The position numbers and the translations under genes are program-made. Below, one piece after another: positions 29,153 through 39,056 of a stretch of DNA of 64,000 bases (positions are counted from its first letter, which is position 1; each line of letters opens with the position of its first letter). This DNA comes from Candidatus Bipolaricaulota bacterium (GTDB lineage Bacteria; Bipolaricaulota; Bipolaricaulia; UBA7950; UBA9294). Location: NCBI GenBank assembly GCA_040752575.1, contig JBFMGK010000066.1:46640-110639 (forward strand), in the 5' to 3' direction. The notes beneath the pieces were generated by a model. That model searched no databases. It was not told the DNA's origin and saw nothing but the letters and a program-made list of their open reading frames with translations.

Positions 29153-30442
29153 CTAGCCCCTCCTCCCCAGCAGACGCCCTGACTTCGTCAAGCTCTCGTA
29201 GTGTCGCATGACCAGATGCGCCTCGACCTGCATCAGAGTGTCGATTCCGACGCCAACCACGATGAGCAGAGACGTTCCGCCGATCAGGAACATCGTCTGG
29301 AGGTTGCTGACCGCGGAGAGGATGTACGGGAGAATCGCAATCGCCGACAGGAACACCGCACCGATGAGCAGGATGCGGTTCATGATCGACGTAACGTAGT
29401 CCGCCGTCGGCTGCCCCGGCCGAACCCCGGGGATGAAGCCACCGGCCTCGCGCACGTTCTTCGCGATGTCATTCGGATCAAACACGATCGAGCTGTAGAA
29501 ATAGGTGAAGAAGAAGATAAGCAGGACGTACAGCCCCATGTAGAGCGGGCTCCCCGACTGGATGATGTACAGATGAGACTTGAGCGCCGGAATCGCTTCG
29601 AAGAGCGTAACCGGCAGACTCAGGAGTGCCGAGGCGAAGATGATCGGGATGACGCCGCCCTGATTGACGCGCAGCGGCAGATGCGAGGAGTGCCCGCCAT
29701 AGATCCGTCGCCCCATCGTCCGCTTCGCATACTGAATCTGAATCTTGCGCTGTCCTTGCTGCACCATGACCATCGCAGCGACGACAACGACCAGCAGGGC
29801 AATGAAAACAAGACCCCAGATCGGACTCGCCGACCCCGTGCTGATACTCGTGACCATCGAGTTGATCGACGACGGGAACCTCGACAGAATGCCAATCATG
29901 ATCAGCATGCTGATACCGTTTCCGATCCCATTCTCCGTGATGCGCTCGCCGAGCCACATCAGGAAGATCGTCCCCGTCGTGAGCGCCACGACCGTCGTCA
30001 CGTAGAAGAGAATCCCCGTACCCTCGGTCGCCGCTCCCCGAATCAGCGTCGTCATGAACGCGCCTTGGACGATCGCGAGCGCAACGGTAGCCCAACGCGT
30101 GTAGGCCGTGATCTTTCTCCGTCCTTCACGGCCCTGCTGCTGCATCTCCTTCAACTTCGGAACCACCGATGTCAACAGACTGAAGATGATCGACGCGTTG
30201 ATATACGGCGTCACGCCGAGGGCGAAAAGGGAGAACTGCTGCAGCGCCCCCCCGGTGAACATGTTCATGAAGTCGAAGATGCCGCCGCTTCCGGTCGAGA
30301 ACACCTGACGAAGCAGGTCCTTGCTCACCCCGGGCACGGTGATGTGCGTTCCTACACGGAAGACGATGATCGCCCCCAGCGTGAACAGGATACGTTTGCG
30401 CAGTTCAGGAACACGAAAGAGACTCGCGATCTTCTCCCACAT
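29153..30442 (-). CDS. secY: Preprotein translocase SecY
   Basis: FALGVTPYINASII, WLGE.ITENGIGNG, GGVIPIIFA, FIPGVRPG, GGTSLLIVV. Confidence 0.98.
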   Translation of the reverse strand: MWEKIASLFRVPELRKRILFTLGAIIVFRVGTHITVPGVSKDLLRQVFSTGSGGIFDFMNMFTGGALQQFSLFALGVTPYINASIIFSLLTSVVPKLKEMQQQGREGRRKITAYTRWATVALAIVQGAFMTTLIRGAATEGTGILFYVTTVVALTTGTIFLMWLGERITENGIGNGISMLIMIGILSRFPSSINSMVTSISTGSASPIWGLVFIALLVVVVAAMVMVQQGQRKIQIQYAKRTMGRRIYGGHSSHLPLRVNQGGVIPIIFASALLSLPVTLFEAIPALKSHLYIIQSGSPLYMGLYVLLIFFFTYFYSSIVFDPNDIAKNVREAGGFIPGVRPGQPTADYVTSIMNRILLIGAVFLSAIAILPYILSAVSNLQTMFLIGGTSLLIVVGVGIDTLMQVEAHLVMRHYESLTKSGRLLGRRG

Positions 30443-30891
30443 CAGGCAATCACCTCGGCTCTGCCGCCGGCCGCCTCGATCTTGCGCTTCGCCTCCGCGC
30501 CAAAGCGATGTGCCCGCACGGTGAGCGGCTTCGTGATCTCCCCTCGTCCGAGCACCTTCACCAGCACGTCGCGCCCGTTGACCAACCGCATCTCCATAAG
30601 ACGCTCCGGGGTTACAGCGTCGTTCGCCGCGAATCGCTCGTCGAGCGTATCCACGTTCACGCACGCGTATTCCACTCGCGCGATGTTGTGGAAACCCCGC
30701 TTCGGAACGCGCATCCAGATTGGCGTTTGACCGCCCTCGTATCCAAGGCGCGTGCCCCCGCCCGAGCGCGAGTTCTGCCCCTTCATGCCACGCCCCACGG
30801 TGTGACCGCCGTGCCCCGACCCGCCACCCCGTCCGACGCGCTTGCGCCGGTGCTTGCTCCCCTCGGTCGGGCGAAGATCCTCAAGCCGCAT
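30442..30891 (-). CDS. rplO: 50S ribosomal protein L15
   Basis: RVGRG.GSG.G, GRG.KGQ.SRSG, EGGQTP, PKRGF, KIEAAGG. Confidence 0.97.
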   Translation of the reverse strand: MRLEDLRPTEGSKHRRKRVGRGGGSGHGGHTVGRGMKGQNSRSGGGTRLGYEGGQTPIWMRVPKRGFHNIARVEYACVNVDTLDERFAANDAVTPERLMEMRLVNGRDVLVKVLGRGEITKPLTVRAHRFGAEAKRKIEAAGGRAEVIA

Positions 30892-31378
30892 GGGCGACCT
30901 CCTCAGGTGCCGCGATGCCGCGCAGCGCCTCGATCTCGCGCCGGCTGCGGAGCTGCGCGAGCCCATCCAGAGCGGCTCTCGACAGCGTCAGCGGGTTCGT
31001 GGTGCCAATGGACTTCGTGAGCACGTTCTCGATGCCGGCCAATCGGCAAATCGCGCCCACCGTGACGCCCGCGATGATCCCCGTTCCCGGGTGGGCCGGC
31101 TTCAACAGGACGTGGCCGGCCTTGAATCGGCCGTGCACTTCGTGCGGGATCGTCAAGCCGTCCATATTCACGGTGACCATAGCCTTCTTGGCGTCGCGAA
31201 TCGCCTGCTGGATAGCGCGCGGGATCTCCGTCGTGCTCCCAACGCCGACTCCGACGTGACCCTTGCGGTCTCCGACGACCATCGTCACTCGGAACCGCAG
31301 GTTCCGGCCACCCTTCGTGACCTTGCTCACGCGCCGGATGTCGATGATCTCGTTCTCGAACTCGTCGTGGCTGATCAA
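30881..31378 (-). CDS. rpsE: 30S ribosomal protein S5
   Basis: RVSKVTKGGR, VVGD.KG.VG.G, TIPHEV.G, PA.PGTGIIAG; TTG start overlapping the rplR stop is inferred. Confidence 0.96.
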   Translation of the reverse strand: MISHDEFENEIIDIRRVSKVTKGGRNLRFRVTMVVGDRKGHVGVGVGSTTEIPRAIQQAIRDAKKAMVTVNMDGLTIPHEVHGRFKAGHVLLKPAHPGTGIIAGVTVGAICRLAGIENVLTKSIGTTNPLTLSRAALDGLAQLRSRREIEALRGIAAPEEVAHAA

Positions 31379-31740
31379 AAGTCCAGTCCTCCCTCGCGAC
31401 AAGCCTCCGCAAAGGCCGATATCACGCCATGGTACGGGTATCCACCCCGATCGAAGACGACGGCCACGACGCCGGCTTTCGCCGCCCGTTCCGCCAGTTT
31501 CGCCGCGACCTTCGCCGCTGCCACGCGGTTGGGCCCCTTCACGTCGCTACGCACCTCAGGGTCAAGCGTCGACGCCTGCGCGAGGGTTCGCCCCGCTCCG
31601 TCGTCGATCACCTGGGCGTAGAGGTGATGCAGCGTCTTCGTCACGCAGAGCCGAGGCCGCACGCTCGATCCGACCACGTGTTTGCGGATCCGGCGGTGAC
31701 GCTTCTCGCGCTCAGCGGCTCGGTTCGTCAGCCTGGCCAT
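31375..31740 (-). CDS. rplR: 50S ribosomal protein L18
   Basis: RPRL.V, YAQVIDD, VVFDRGGY.YHG, REGGLDF. Confidence 0.97.
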   Translation of the reverse strand: MARLTNRAAEREKRHRRIRKHVVGSSVRPRLCVTKTLHHLYAQVIDDGAGRTLAQASTLDPEVRSDVKGPNRVAAAKVAAKLAERAAKAGVVAVVFDRGGYPYHGVISAFAEACREGGLDF

Positions 31741-31754
31741 TCTTCCCACGCTCC

Positions 31755-32309
31755 CTAGCTCGCCCCGCCGGGGCCGCCCAGCTTGCCCGCCTTCTGAATG
31801 ACGATCTCGTCCTTGTAACGGATCCCCTTGCCGTCGTACACGTTGGGCTTGCGCAGCGCGCGGATCTTCGCGGCCACCTGCCCGACCTCGCGCTTGTCGG
31901 CGCCGCGCAGGACGATCTCATTCGGATTCGGCAGTTCGGCCTCGATGCCTTGCGGCAGGGGGTACTCCTTCGGCCCGGCGTAACCGAGGTCGAGGATGAG
32001 GGTCGTTCCCTGAAGCCGACCGCGGTAGCCAAGCCCCTTGATGACAAGGGTCTTCTCCCAGCGATCGGAGACCCCCTTGACCATGTTCGCGAGGAGGCTC
32101 CGGTACAGGCCGTGGTACGCGCGGTACTCCTTGCCCTCTTTGCGCCGCGTTACGGAGGCTTGGCCGGAGGCGACGACGATCTCGACCATGTCAGGACGAT
32201 ACGTCTGTACAAGCCGCCCGTGTTTGCCCTCGACAACCATGGCCCCGGCTTCGACCTTGACCGTGACACCGGCCGGAATCGCGACGGGCACCTTCCCCAC
32301 TTTGGACAT
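31755..32309 (-). CDS. rplF: 50S ribosomal protein L6
   Basis: MSKVGK.P, HGL.RSL..NMV.GVS, R.P..Y.GKGIRY. Confidence 0.97.
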   Translation of the reverse strand: MSKVGKVPVAIPAGVTVKVEAGAMVVEGKHGRLVQTYRPDMVEIVVASGQASVTRRKEGKEYRAYHGLYRSLLANMVKGVSDRWEKTLVIKGLGYRGRLQGTTLILDLGYAGPKEYPLPQGIEAELPNPNEIVLRGADKREVGQVAAKIRALRKPNVYDGKGIRYKDEIVIQKAGKLGGPGGAS

Positions 32310-32321
32310 CGTGCACTCCCC

Positions 32322-32726
32322 CTACCAGACCTCGCAGAGCACCTCGCCGCCGAGCCCGCGCTCGCGGGCCTCGCGTCCCGAGAGGACGCCCTGCGACGTC
32401 GACACAACGCAAATCCCCATACCGCCGAGCGGCTGCGGGATATCGTCTCGTCCGACATAGACGCGGCGACTCGGCTTGCTCACCAGCCGGATCTCGCTGA
32501 TCGCCCGCCGCGCCCGATTCCGTTCTCCCTGATACTTCAGTCGGATGACCAGCTGCGGCTGAGGGGCGGCTTCCACGACTTCGAAGCCATCGATGTACCC
32601 TTCTTGCGCCAGGATGCGGGCAAGCGCTTCTTTCAGCCGTGAGTGCGGCATTGTCAGGCTGTCGTGGAGTCGTGAGTTTGCGTTACGGATCCTCGTCAGC
32701 ATGTCCCCGATTGGATACGGAATCAT
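32322..32726 (-). CDS. rpsH: 30S ribosomal protein S8
   Basis: IGDMLTRIRNA, SKPSRRVY, STSQGV, GGEVLC.VW. Confidence 0.98.
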   Translation of the reverse strand: MIPYPIGDMLTRIRNANSRLHDSLTMPHSRLKEALARILAQEGYIDGFEVVEAAPQPQLVIRLKYQGERNRARRAISEIRLVSKPSRRVYVGRDDIPQPLGGMGICVVSTSQGVLSGREARERGLGGEVLCEVW

Positions 32727-32735
32727 CAGCTCCTC

Positions 32736-32921
32736 CTACCAGCTCGACTTCCTGATCCCCGGAATCTCCCCGCGGTGCGCAAGCTTGCGGAAACAGAGCC
32801 GGCAGATCCCGAAGTCGCGGATGAAGGCATGCGGTCGCCCACACAGCGTGCAACGGTGGTACTTCCGCGCCGCGAACTTCGGCGTCATCTTGCACTTGTT
32901 GATCAGTGCCTTCCTCGCCAT
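32736..32921 (-). CDS. rpsN: 30S ribosomal protein S14 (zinc type)
   Basis: RCTLCGRP...FGICRLCFR...GEIPG.RKSSW, 61 aa. Confidence 0.97.
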   Translation of the reverse strand: MARKALINKCKMTPKFAARKYHRCTLCGRPHAFIRDFGICRLCFRKLAHRGEIPGIRKSSW

Positions 32922-32930
32922 CCGTCCCCC

Positions 32931-33467
32931 TTAGTCGTTGAACGGGAACCCGAGCGCCTTGAGGAGGGCATACCCCTCGCGGTCGTCCCGCGCGCTGGTC
33001 ACAATCGTGATGTCCATCCCTTGCGTCTTCACGATCTCGTTGTACTCGATCTCCGGGAACGTAAGCTGCTCCGAGAGTCCGATCGTGTAGTTGCCTCGGC
33101 CGTCGAAGGACGACGCGGACAACCCGCGGAAGTCGCGGATGCCGGGAAGAACCGCGTTGAACAGCTTGTTCAAGAACTCGTACGCCCGCGAACCGCGAAG
33201 CGTGACGCGGCAGCCAATCGGGTCGCCCAGAGTCAGCTTGAAGTCCGAGATGGACTTTCGCGCCTTCGTCACGACCGGTTTCTGCCCAGCGATCTTTGTC
33301 AGGTTCTGCACGGCGCCCTCGAGCACTTTGGGGTTATCCTTGTCCCCTACGCCCATGTTGACGACGACCTTGACAACCCGCGGCACCTGCATCGGGTTAG
33401 ACAAGCCAAGCTGCTCCTGAAGCTTCGGAGCGACCTCTGCGACGTACCGCTCATGTAGAAGCATCAC
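32931..33467 (-). CDS. rplE: 50S ribosomal protein L5
   Basis: [40 protein letters not shown]. Confidence 0.98.
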   Translation of the reverse strand: MMLLHERYVAEVAPKLQEQLGLSNPMQVPRVVKVVVNMGVGDKDNPKVLEGAVQNLTKIAGQKPVVTKARKSISDFKLTLGDPIGCRVTLRGSRAYEFLNKLFNAVLPGIRDFRGLSASSFDGRGNYTIGLSEQLTFPEIEYNEIVKTQGMDITIVTSARDDREGYALLKALGFPFND

Positions 33468-33775
33468 TCAAACGTCTCCCCGCACTTCTTGCACTTGCGC
33501 ATCTTCTTTCCGTCGACGGTCTCGAACCCAACGCGCGTCGGAGCGTCGCACTCCGGGCAGATCGGGAGCACGTTGGTCCAGTGAATCGGGCCCTCGCGCT
33601 TGATGATCCCCGGCTGCCGCAGGTTTTGCGTCGCACGCTGGTGTTTCGTGATCATGTTCACGTTCTCGACCAGCACGCGGCGCTTCTCCGGGATGACACT
33701 CAGTACGCGGCCAATCTTTCCCCGGTCATCCCCCGAGATCACCTGGACGCGGTCTCCTTTGCGTATGTTTCTCAT
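33464..33775 (-). CDS. rplX: 50S ribosomal protein L24
   Basis: IRKGD.V.VISG.DRGK.G.V, GII.REGPIH; C-terminal CPEC/CKKC. Confidence 0.97.
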   Translation of the reverse strand: MRNIRKGDRVQVISGDDRGKIGRVLSVIPEKRRVLVENVNMITKHQRATQNLRQPGIIKREGPIHWTNVLPICPECDAPTRVGFETVDGKKMRKCKKCGETFE

Positions 33776-33786
33776 CGCCGCCTCCC

Positions 33787-34155
33787 CTAGAGGACTTCCG
33801 GCGCAAGCGAGATGATGCGCATCATCTTCTTGTCCCGAAGCTCGCGCGCCACCGGACCGAACACACGCGTTCCGATGGGCTCGCCCTGCGTGTTGATCAG
33901 CACGATGGCGTTGTCATCAAAGCGGATGTACGTGCCGTCCTCACGCCGGTAGGCGCTTCGCGTTCGGACGATGACCCCACGTACAATCTGCCCCTTCTCG
34001 ATGTCGCTCGTCGGCAGCCGCTTGCGCACCGAGCCTACGACGATGTCGCCGATCTCCCCGACACGGCGGTTCGACGGTCCGAGGACGTTGAAGCAGCGTA
34101 CGACCTTCGCCCCCGAGTTGTCCGCCACCTTGAGCATGGTCTGCATCTGAATCAT
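33787..34155 (-). CDS. rplN: 50S ribosomal protein L14
   Basis: [40 protein letters not shown]. Confidence 0.98.
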   Translation of the reverse strand: MIQMQTMLKVADNSGAKVVRCFNVLGPSNRRVGEIGDIVVGSVRKRLPTSDIEKGQIVRGVIVRTRSAYRREDGTYIRFDDNAIVLINTQGEPIGTRVFGPVARELRDKKMMRIISLAPEVL

Positions 34156-34156
34156 G

Positions 34157-34402
34157 CTACTGCACCGCCTTCTCGACGACCTCGACGAGCCGCCAGTGCT
34201 TCGTCCGACTCAGCGGGCGGCACTCTTCGATGCGCACAAGATCTCCGATCTTCGCCTGCTGCTGAGGGTCGTCGGCGTGGAACTTCGCGTGGCGCGTGAT
34301 GTGCTTCCGGTACTGCGGATGAAGACGGTGCTCTTCCACGCTGACCACGATCGTCTGCGTCATGCGGTCGCTGACCACGCGACCGGTCTTGGTCTTCTTC
34401 AT
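34157..34402 (-). CDS. rpsQ: 30S ribosomal protein S17
   Basis: G.VVSD.M..TIVV, HP.Y.K, GD.V.I.ECRPLS.TK.W. Confidence 0.97.
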   Translation of the reverse strand: MKKTKTGRVVSDRMTQTIVVSVEEHRLHPQYRKHITRHAKFHADDPQQQAKIGDLVRIEECRPLSRTKHWRLVEVVEKAVQ

Positions 34403-34599
34403 CGCCGCTCCTCCCGCGCCTTCTCCGCCGCGACGGTCATGGCCCGCGCAACCTCGCGCCGCGCCTTCCGTAGCTCGGCGATCTTGTCAAGCTGCCCCGT
34501 GGCCCGCTGAAAGCGCAGGTTGAACAACCTCCGTTTGCGCTCCTGGATCTCCGCTTCGAGTTCGCGCAGGGTCTTGTCGCGCAGGGCCTGCGTCTTCAT
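34399..34599 (-). CDS. rpmC: 50S ribosomal protein L29
   Basis: LFNLRFQ.ATGQL, RREVAR. Confidence 0.95.
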   Translation of the reverse strand: MKTQALRDKTLRELEAEIQERKRRLFNLRFQRATGQLDKIAELRKARREVARAMTVAAEKAREERR

Positions 34600-35027
34600 A
34601 CCTCTCCTCCTAGGACCGCGCGCCGCTTGAGCCGCGTCCGCACGGGGAGCTTGTTTCCGACGAGGTAGTGAACCTGTTTTGCCTGGTCCTCGGTGACGCC
34701 GGAAATCTCGAACAAGACGCTTCCCGGCCGCACGACGGCCACCCAGTGGTCGACCGGGCCCTTCCCCTTTCCCATTCGTGCCTCAGCCGGATGCTTCGTA
34801 ATCGGCTTGTCGGGGAAGATGCGGATCCAAAGGCGCGCGCCACGCTGGGTCGTTCTGGCAATCGTCGTTCGGCAAGCCTCGATCTGCGCTTGCGTGATCC
34901 AGCAGGCTTCGAGCGACTGGATCCCAAACTCGCCGAACGCGATCTGATTCCCGCGCGTCGCCTGACCGTCCTTGCGTCCGCGGTGGGTCTTGCGGTACTT
35001 CGTCCTCTTCGGAAACAGCAATGGCAT
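34596..35027 (-). CDS. rplP: 50S ribosomal protein L16
   Basis: [30 protein letters not shown]. Confidence 0.97.
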   Translation of the reverse strand: MPLLFPKRTKYRKTHRGRKDGQATRGNQIAFGEFGIQSLEACWITQAQIEACRTTIARTTQRGARLWIRIFPDKPITKHPAEARMGKGKGPVDHWVAVVRPGSVLFEISGVTEDQAKQVHYLVGNKLPVRTRLKRRAVLGGEV

Positions 35028-35029
35028 GT

Positions 35030-35683
35030 TTACTTCACCTCATCGCGGCGAGCCCGCGGAGAACGTTCACCGCGGAACACCCATGCCTTGACGCCGATGT
35101 TGCCGTACTTGGTTCGCGCTTCCACAAGGCCGTAGTCGATGTCGGCTCGGAGGGTCTGAAGGGGGATCCTGCCCTCTTTCATCGTGATCGAGCGCGCGAT
35201 GTCCGTCCCGCCGAGGCGCCCACTCACCTTCATCTTCACGCCCTCAGCCCCGGCGCCCATGACCCGGCGAATCGCTTCTTTCATCGCCCGCGCCGGCGCG
35301 GTTCGGTTCTCAATCTGCAGAGCCACGTCCTGGGCGACGAGTCGCGCTTCGAGGTCCGGACGGTCGATCTCCTGAATCGAGACCTTGACGTTTCGCCGCG
35401 TCAGATCCTCGAGCGCTCGCTGAAGCAGCTCGATCTCGCTCCCGCCTCGCCCAATGATGATGCCCGGTCGCGCCGAACGGATGACGATCGAGACGCGATC
35501 TTCCTTCGACCGCTCGATGTTCACCTCGGCGACCGCTGCTCGGCGGTACCGATCCAACACGAGGTCGCGGATCCGCTTGTCCTCGGCGATGTACTCCGGC
35601 GCAAGACGCGGGTTGTACCAGTTGGACACCCACTTGCGCGTAACGCCGATCCGGAACCCCACCGGGTTGATCTTCTGGCCCAT
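35030..35683 (-). CDS. rpsC: 30S ribosomal protein S3
   Basis: MGQKINP.GFR.G, RPGIIIG, SGRLGG, GRIPLQTLRADIDY. Confidence 0.98.
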   Translation of the reverse strand: MGQKINPVGFRIGVTRKWVSNWYNPRLAPEYIAEDKRIRDLVLDRYRRAAVAEVNIERSKEDRVSIVIRSARPGIIIGRGGSEIELLQRALEDLTRRNVKVSIQEIDRPDLEARLVAQDVALQIENRTAPARAMKEAIRRVMGAGAEGVKMKVSGRLGGTDIARSITMKEGRIPLQTLRADIDYGLVEARTKYGNIGVKAWVFRGERSPRARRDEVK

Positions 35684-35686
35684 TCG

Positions 35687-36031
35687 CTACGCCCCCCTGT
35701 CGCCGACCACGATCGTGATGTGGCTCGTGTGGTGCCGAATCACGTCCGCCCGACCGTACGCACGGGGTTGCATCCGCCGAAGCGAGCGCCCCATGTCGAC
35801 CGTCGCACGTACGACGAACAGCTTGTCGACGTCGACGTCGTAGCTGTTCTCCGCATTGGCGATCGCGGACTCGAGCGTCTTGCGGATGGGAAGCGCCGCT
35901 TTCTTGCTCGACAGCTGAACGATGCGCAACGCGTCGTTCACGTTCTTGCCGCGAATCGCATCGACCACCAGCCGCGCCTTTCGCGGCGACATGCGGACGA
36001 ACCGCGCAATTGCCCGTGCTTCCATAGTCAT
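35687..36031 (-). CDS. rplV: 50S ribosomal protein L22
   Basis: SPRKARLV.D.IRGK, SAIANA, PRA.GRA, TSHITIVV. Confidence 0.97.
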   Translation of the reverse strand: MTMEARAIARFVRMSPRKARLVVDAIRGKNVNDALRIVQLSSKKAALPIRKTLESAIANAENSYDVDVDKLFVVRATVDMGRSLRRMQPRAYGRADVIRHHTSHITIVVGDRGA

Positions 36032-36036
36032 ACTCC

Positions 36037-36321
36037 CTATGTCAGGCCTGGTGCCTTCTTCTTCTTCATCCCGCCGTGGCTTCGGAAGGTCCTCGTCGCC
36101 GCGAACTCGCCCAGCTTGTGCCCGACCATATTCTCGACGATGTAGACCGGAATGAAGATCTTCCCGTTGTGGACCTTGATCGTAAGCCCGACCATCTCCG
36201 GGGTGACCATCGAGGATCTCGACCAGGTCTTGATCTCTTTCGAGTCGCCCCGCTTGGCCTTCTGAACCTTCTCGAGAAGGCTCTCGCTTACGAAGGGTCC
36301 CTTCTTCGTCGATCTCGCCAT
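36037..36321 (-). CDS. rpsS: 30S ribosomal protein S19
   Basis: [25 protein letters not shown]. Confidence 0.98.
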   Translation of the reverse strand: MARSTKKGPFVSESLLEKVQKAKRGDSKEIKTWSRSSMVTPEMVGLTIKVHNGKIFIPVYIVENMVGHKLGEFAATRTFRSHGGMKKKKAPGLT

Positions 36322-36333
36322 CAGCGTCTCCCT

Positions 36334-37170
36334 CTACCGACGACCCTCGTTGGCCCGGCGCACGATGAGCTCCGTGCTCTTCTTGCGTGGGTTACGGGTT
36401 CGCCCGCCCTTCGCCGTCTTGCCGGTCGGCGAGACCTTCGGGCCGCCTACGTGACCGCGACCCTCGCCACCACCGTGGGGGTGGTCCACCGGGTTCATGG
36501 CCGTACCGCGGACCTCCGGCTTCCATCCAAGATGTCGAAGCCTTCCGGCCTTCCCATGCTTTACGTTCTTGTGATCGGGATTGGACACCTCGCCGATCGT
36601 CGCTCGGCAGTCGGTCTGGAACACGCGAACCTCGCCCGACGGAAGCCGGACGTGGGCCCGGTTCTCCTCCTTGCCGATGAGCTTCGCCGAGGTGCCCGCC
36701 GAGCGGGCAATGGCTCCACCGCTGCGCGGATAGAACTCAAGGTTGTGAATCGTCGACCCTAGTGGGATTCTGGCAAGCGGCAGGCAGTTGCCCACCGCCA
36801 CCTCCGCCTTGTCTCCCGACTCCACGACCGCGCCGATCGGCAACTCGACCGGAGCGAGCATGTACCGTTTCTCGCCGTCGGCGTAGTGCAACAACGTGAT
36901 CCACGCCGAGCGATTCGGGTCATACTCGCGCGTTACCACGCGGGCCGGAATTCCTTCCTTGTCGCGCCGGAAGTCGACGACGCGGTACTGATGCTTGTGG
37001 CCACCGCCACGCCAGCGCGCAGTGATCTTCCCTTGATTGTTTCGTCCCGCCGTCTTTTTCTGCGGGCGCAGGAGGCTCTTCTCCGGTGCAACCTGTGAGA
37101 GCTCACGGTAGTCCGGCAGTTCCGCGTGTCGCCTCCCGGGCGAGGTTGGCTTGTATCGTTTCAGGCCCAT
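36334..37170 (-). CDS. rplB: 50S ribosomal protein L2
   Basis: GRNNQGKIT, YDPNRSA, ARSAGT, VRG.AMNPVDHPHGGGEG. Confidence 0.98.
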   Translation of the reverse strand: MGLKRYKPTSPGRRHAELPDYRELSQVAPEKSLLRPQKKTAGRNNQGKITARWRGGGHKHQYRVVDFRRDKEGIPARVVTREYDPNRSAWITLLHYADGEKRYMLAPVELPIGAVVESGDKAEVAVGNCLPLARIPLGSTIHNLEFYPRSGGAIARSAGTSAKLIGKEENRAHVRLPSGEVRVFQTDCRATIGEVSNPDHKNVKHGKAGRLRHLGWKPEVRGTAMNPVDHPHGGGEGRGHVGGPKVSPTGKTAKGGRTRNPRKKSTELIVRRANEGRR

Positions 37171-37176
37171 CCCGTA

Positions 37177-37476
37177 CTACCCTCCCATCATCTCAATGCG
37201 GTCGCCCGGCGCAAGCCGAACCGTTGCCTTCCGCCATCGCGACGTAGCCCCGTGCAGCTGACTCAGACGTTCGCGGCGCGGCTTCCCAGAAACGTTGGCC
37301 GTCCATACCTTCTCGACTCTGACCTTGAAGAGCTCCTCGATGGCCTTCCGGATCTGAATCTTGTTCGCGCCAAGCGCGACGCGGAAGACGTACTTCCGAT
37401 CCTCCATCTCCCGCCACGTGCCCTCGGTGAGCACCGGGGCCAAGACAATGTCCTCGGCATGCGTCAGTCTGGCCAT
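37177..37476 (-). CDS. rplW: 50S ribosomal protein L23
   Basis: PVLTE, YVF.V...ANK.QI..AIE.LF.V.V, KA.V.L..G..I. Confidence 0.95.
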   Translation of the reverse strand: MARLTHAEDIVLAPVLTEGTWREMEDRKYVFRVALGANKIQIRKAIEELFKVRVEKVWTANVSGKPRRERLSQLHGATSRWRKATVRLAPGDRIEMMGG

Positions 37477-37478
37477 CT

Positions 37479-38111
37479 CTACGACACCCTCCCCCGGAGC
37501 TCATCCACGGCTCCGCTCGTCAAGATGAGGAAGTCGTGCCGCAGAATGTCGTAGACGTTGATCCCGCACCCCGCGATGCACTTCACCTTCGGGAGGTTGG
37601 TGAAGGACTTCTTCACGGCACGCCCGAACTCGGTCGTCGCCACGACCACCAGCGCGCTGCCCTCGACGCCGAGGCGGCTCAACAGCGCGACGGCCGTTTT
37701 CGTCTTTGGCTCCGCAAACGCCATCTGATCGACAACGAGCAGACGGCCCTCGCTGGCTCGATCGGAGAGAGCCGAGGCCAGTGCGCCAAGCCGCATCTTC
37801 TTCGTCAGCGACATCTCGTAGGACCTCGGCTTGGGGCCGAACGTCGTTCCGCCCCCAACCCAAATCGGGGACCGTCGCGACCCCTGGCGGGCGCGGCCCG
37901 TTCCCTTCTGTCGCCACGGCTTTCGGCCGCCGCCCCGCACTTCGCCTCGCGTCTTGGTGCACGCCGTGCCCTGACGGCGGTTTGCGAGCTGCAGGCGAAC
38001 CATTCGGTAGAGGAGATCCTTGTTCACCTCAACGCCGAACAACTGGTCGTCGAGCGAGATCGTCGAAGGCGTCGAGGTGCCCGAGAATGCAAAAAGCTTC
38101 GCTTCAACCAT
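37479..38111 (-). CDS. rplD: 50S ribosomal protein L4
   Basis: [38 protein letters not shown]. Confidence 0.98.
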   Translation of the reverse strand: MVEAKLFAFSGTSTPSTISLDDQLFGVEVNKDLLYRMVRLQLANRRQGTACTKTRGEVRGGGRKPWRQKGTGRARQGSRRSPIWVGGGTTFGPKPRSYEMSLTKKMRLGALASALSDRASEGRLLVVDQMAFAEPKTKTAVALLSRLGVEGSALVVVATTEFGRAVKKSFTNLPKVKCIAGCGINVYDILRHDFLILTSGAVDELRGRVS

Positions 38112-38727
38112 GGCGCTTCCCCAGTTCCAAGAGGCTGCCGCGGGCGCCCGGCGTTGCGCCCTTCAGGATGAGAAGGTTCCGCTCCGCGTCCACCTTGAGG
38201 ACGCGAAGTCCCCGCACGGTCACGCGACGGTCCCCTGTGTGTCCGGGCATCTTGCGTCCTTTGATGATCCGCCCCGGCTCGACGTGGCATCCGACCGACC
38301 CGGGTCGCCGATGGAACTTCGAGCCATGCGTGTCCGGGCCGCCACGGAAGTCCCAGCGTTTCACGACGCCCTGGAATCCTAAGCCGCGCGACATCCCGCA
38401 GACGTCCACTTCGTCGCCTTCGGCGAACGAGTCGAGGCCCACCACGTCGCCGACCTTGTACGCCGAGACATCGTCGACGCGAATCTCAAACAGACGTCGA
38501 TGGGCCGCGACTCCAGCCTTCTTGAAGTGACCGGCCATCGGCTGGGAGACCTTCGACGCTTTGACCGCGCCATACCCCAGCTGGAGGGCGTCGTACCCAT
38601 CGGTTTCTTTGGTCTTGATCTGCACGACTGTGCAGGGGCTCGCCTCGATCACCGTCACACCAACCGCGCGGTCATCGACGAAGAGCTGCGTCATGCCGAT
38701 CTTCTTCCCGAGCAATCTCCGAGCCAT
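38104..38727 (-). CDS. rplC: 50S ribosomal protein L3
   Basis: GKKIGMTQ, DGY.ALQLG, GFQGV.KRW, HGSK.HR.PGS, KMPGH.G. Confidence 0.98.
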   Translation of the reverse strand: MARRLLGKKIGMTQLFVDDRAVGVTVIEASPCTVVQIKTKETDGYDALQLGYGAVKASKVSQPMAGHFKKAGVAAHRRLFEIRVDDVSAYKVGDVVGLDSFAEGDEVDVCGMSRGLGFQGVVKRWDFRGGPDTHGSKFHRRPGSVGCHVEPGRIIKGRKMPGHTGDRRVTVRGLRVLKVDAERNLLILKGATPGARGSLLELGKRHG

Positions 38728-38746
38728 CCGACCCACCCTCCGTGCC

Positions 38747-39055
38747 TTACAGCTTGATCTCGATGTCGATCCCGGTCGGCAATTCGATGTCCATCAGCGC
38801 GTTGATCGTCTCGGAGGTCGGCTCCTTGATGTCCAGAAGGCGCGTGTGGATTCGCCGTTCGAAGTGCTCCATGGAACGCTTGTCGATATGCGGGGAGCGG
38901 AGCACGGTGTAGACGCGCCGCTCGGTGGGAAGCGGGATCGGACCCGCGATCTTCGCGCGCGTCTCTTTCGCCGACTCGACGATTCTCCGAACCGAGCTGT
39001 CGACGAGCTCGTGATCGTAACCCCGCAGCTTGATCCGGATCTTCTCTCTCGCCAT
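38747..39055 (-). CDS. rpsJ: 30S ribosomal protein S10
   Basis: IRIKL..YDH, GPIPLPT, RSPH..K.S.E.FE. Confidence 0.98.
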   Translation of the reverse strand: MAREKIRIKLRGYDHELVDSSVRRIVESAKETRAKIAGPIPLPTERRVYTVLRSPHIDKRSMEHFERRIHTRLLDIKEPTSETINALMDIELPTGIDIEIKL

Positions 39056-39056
39056 G

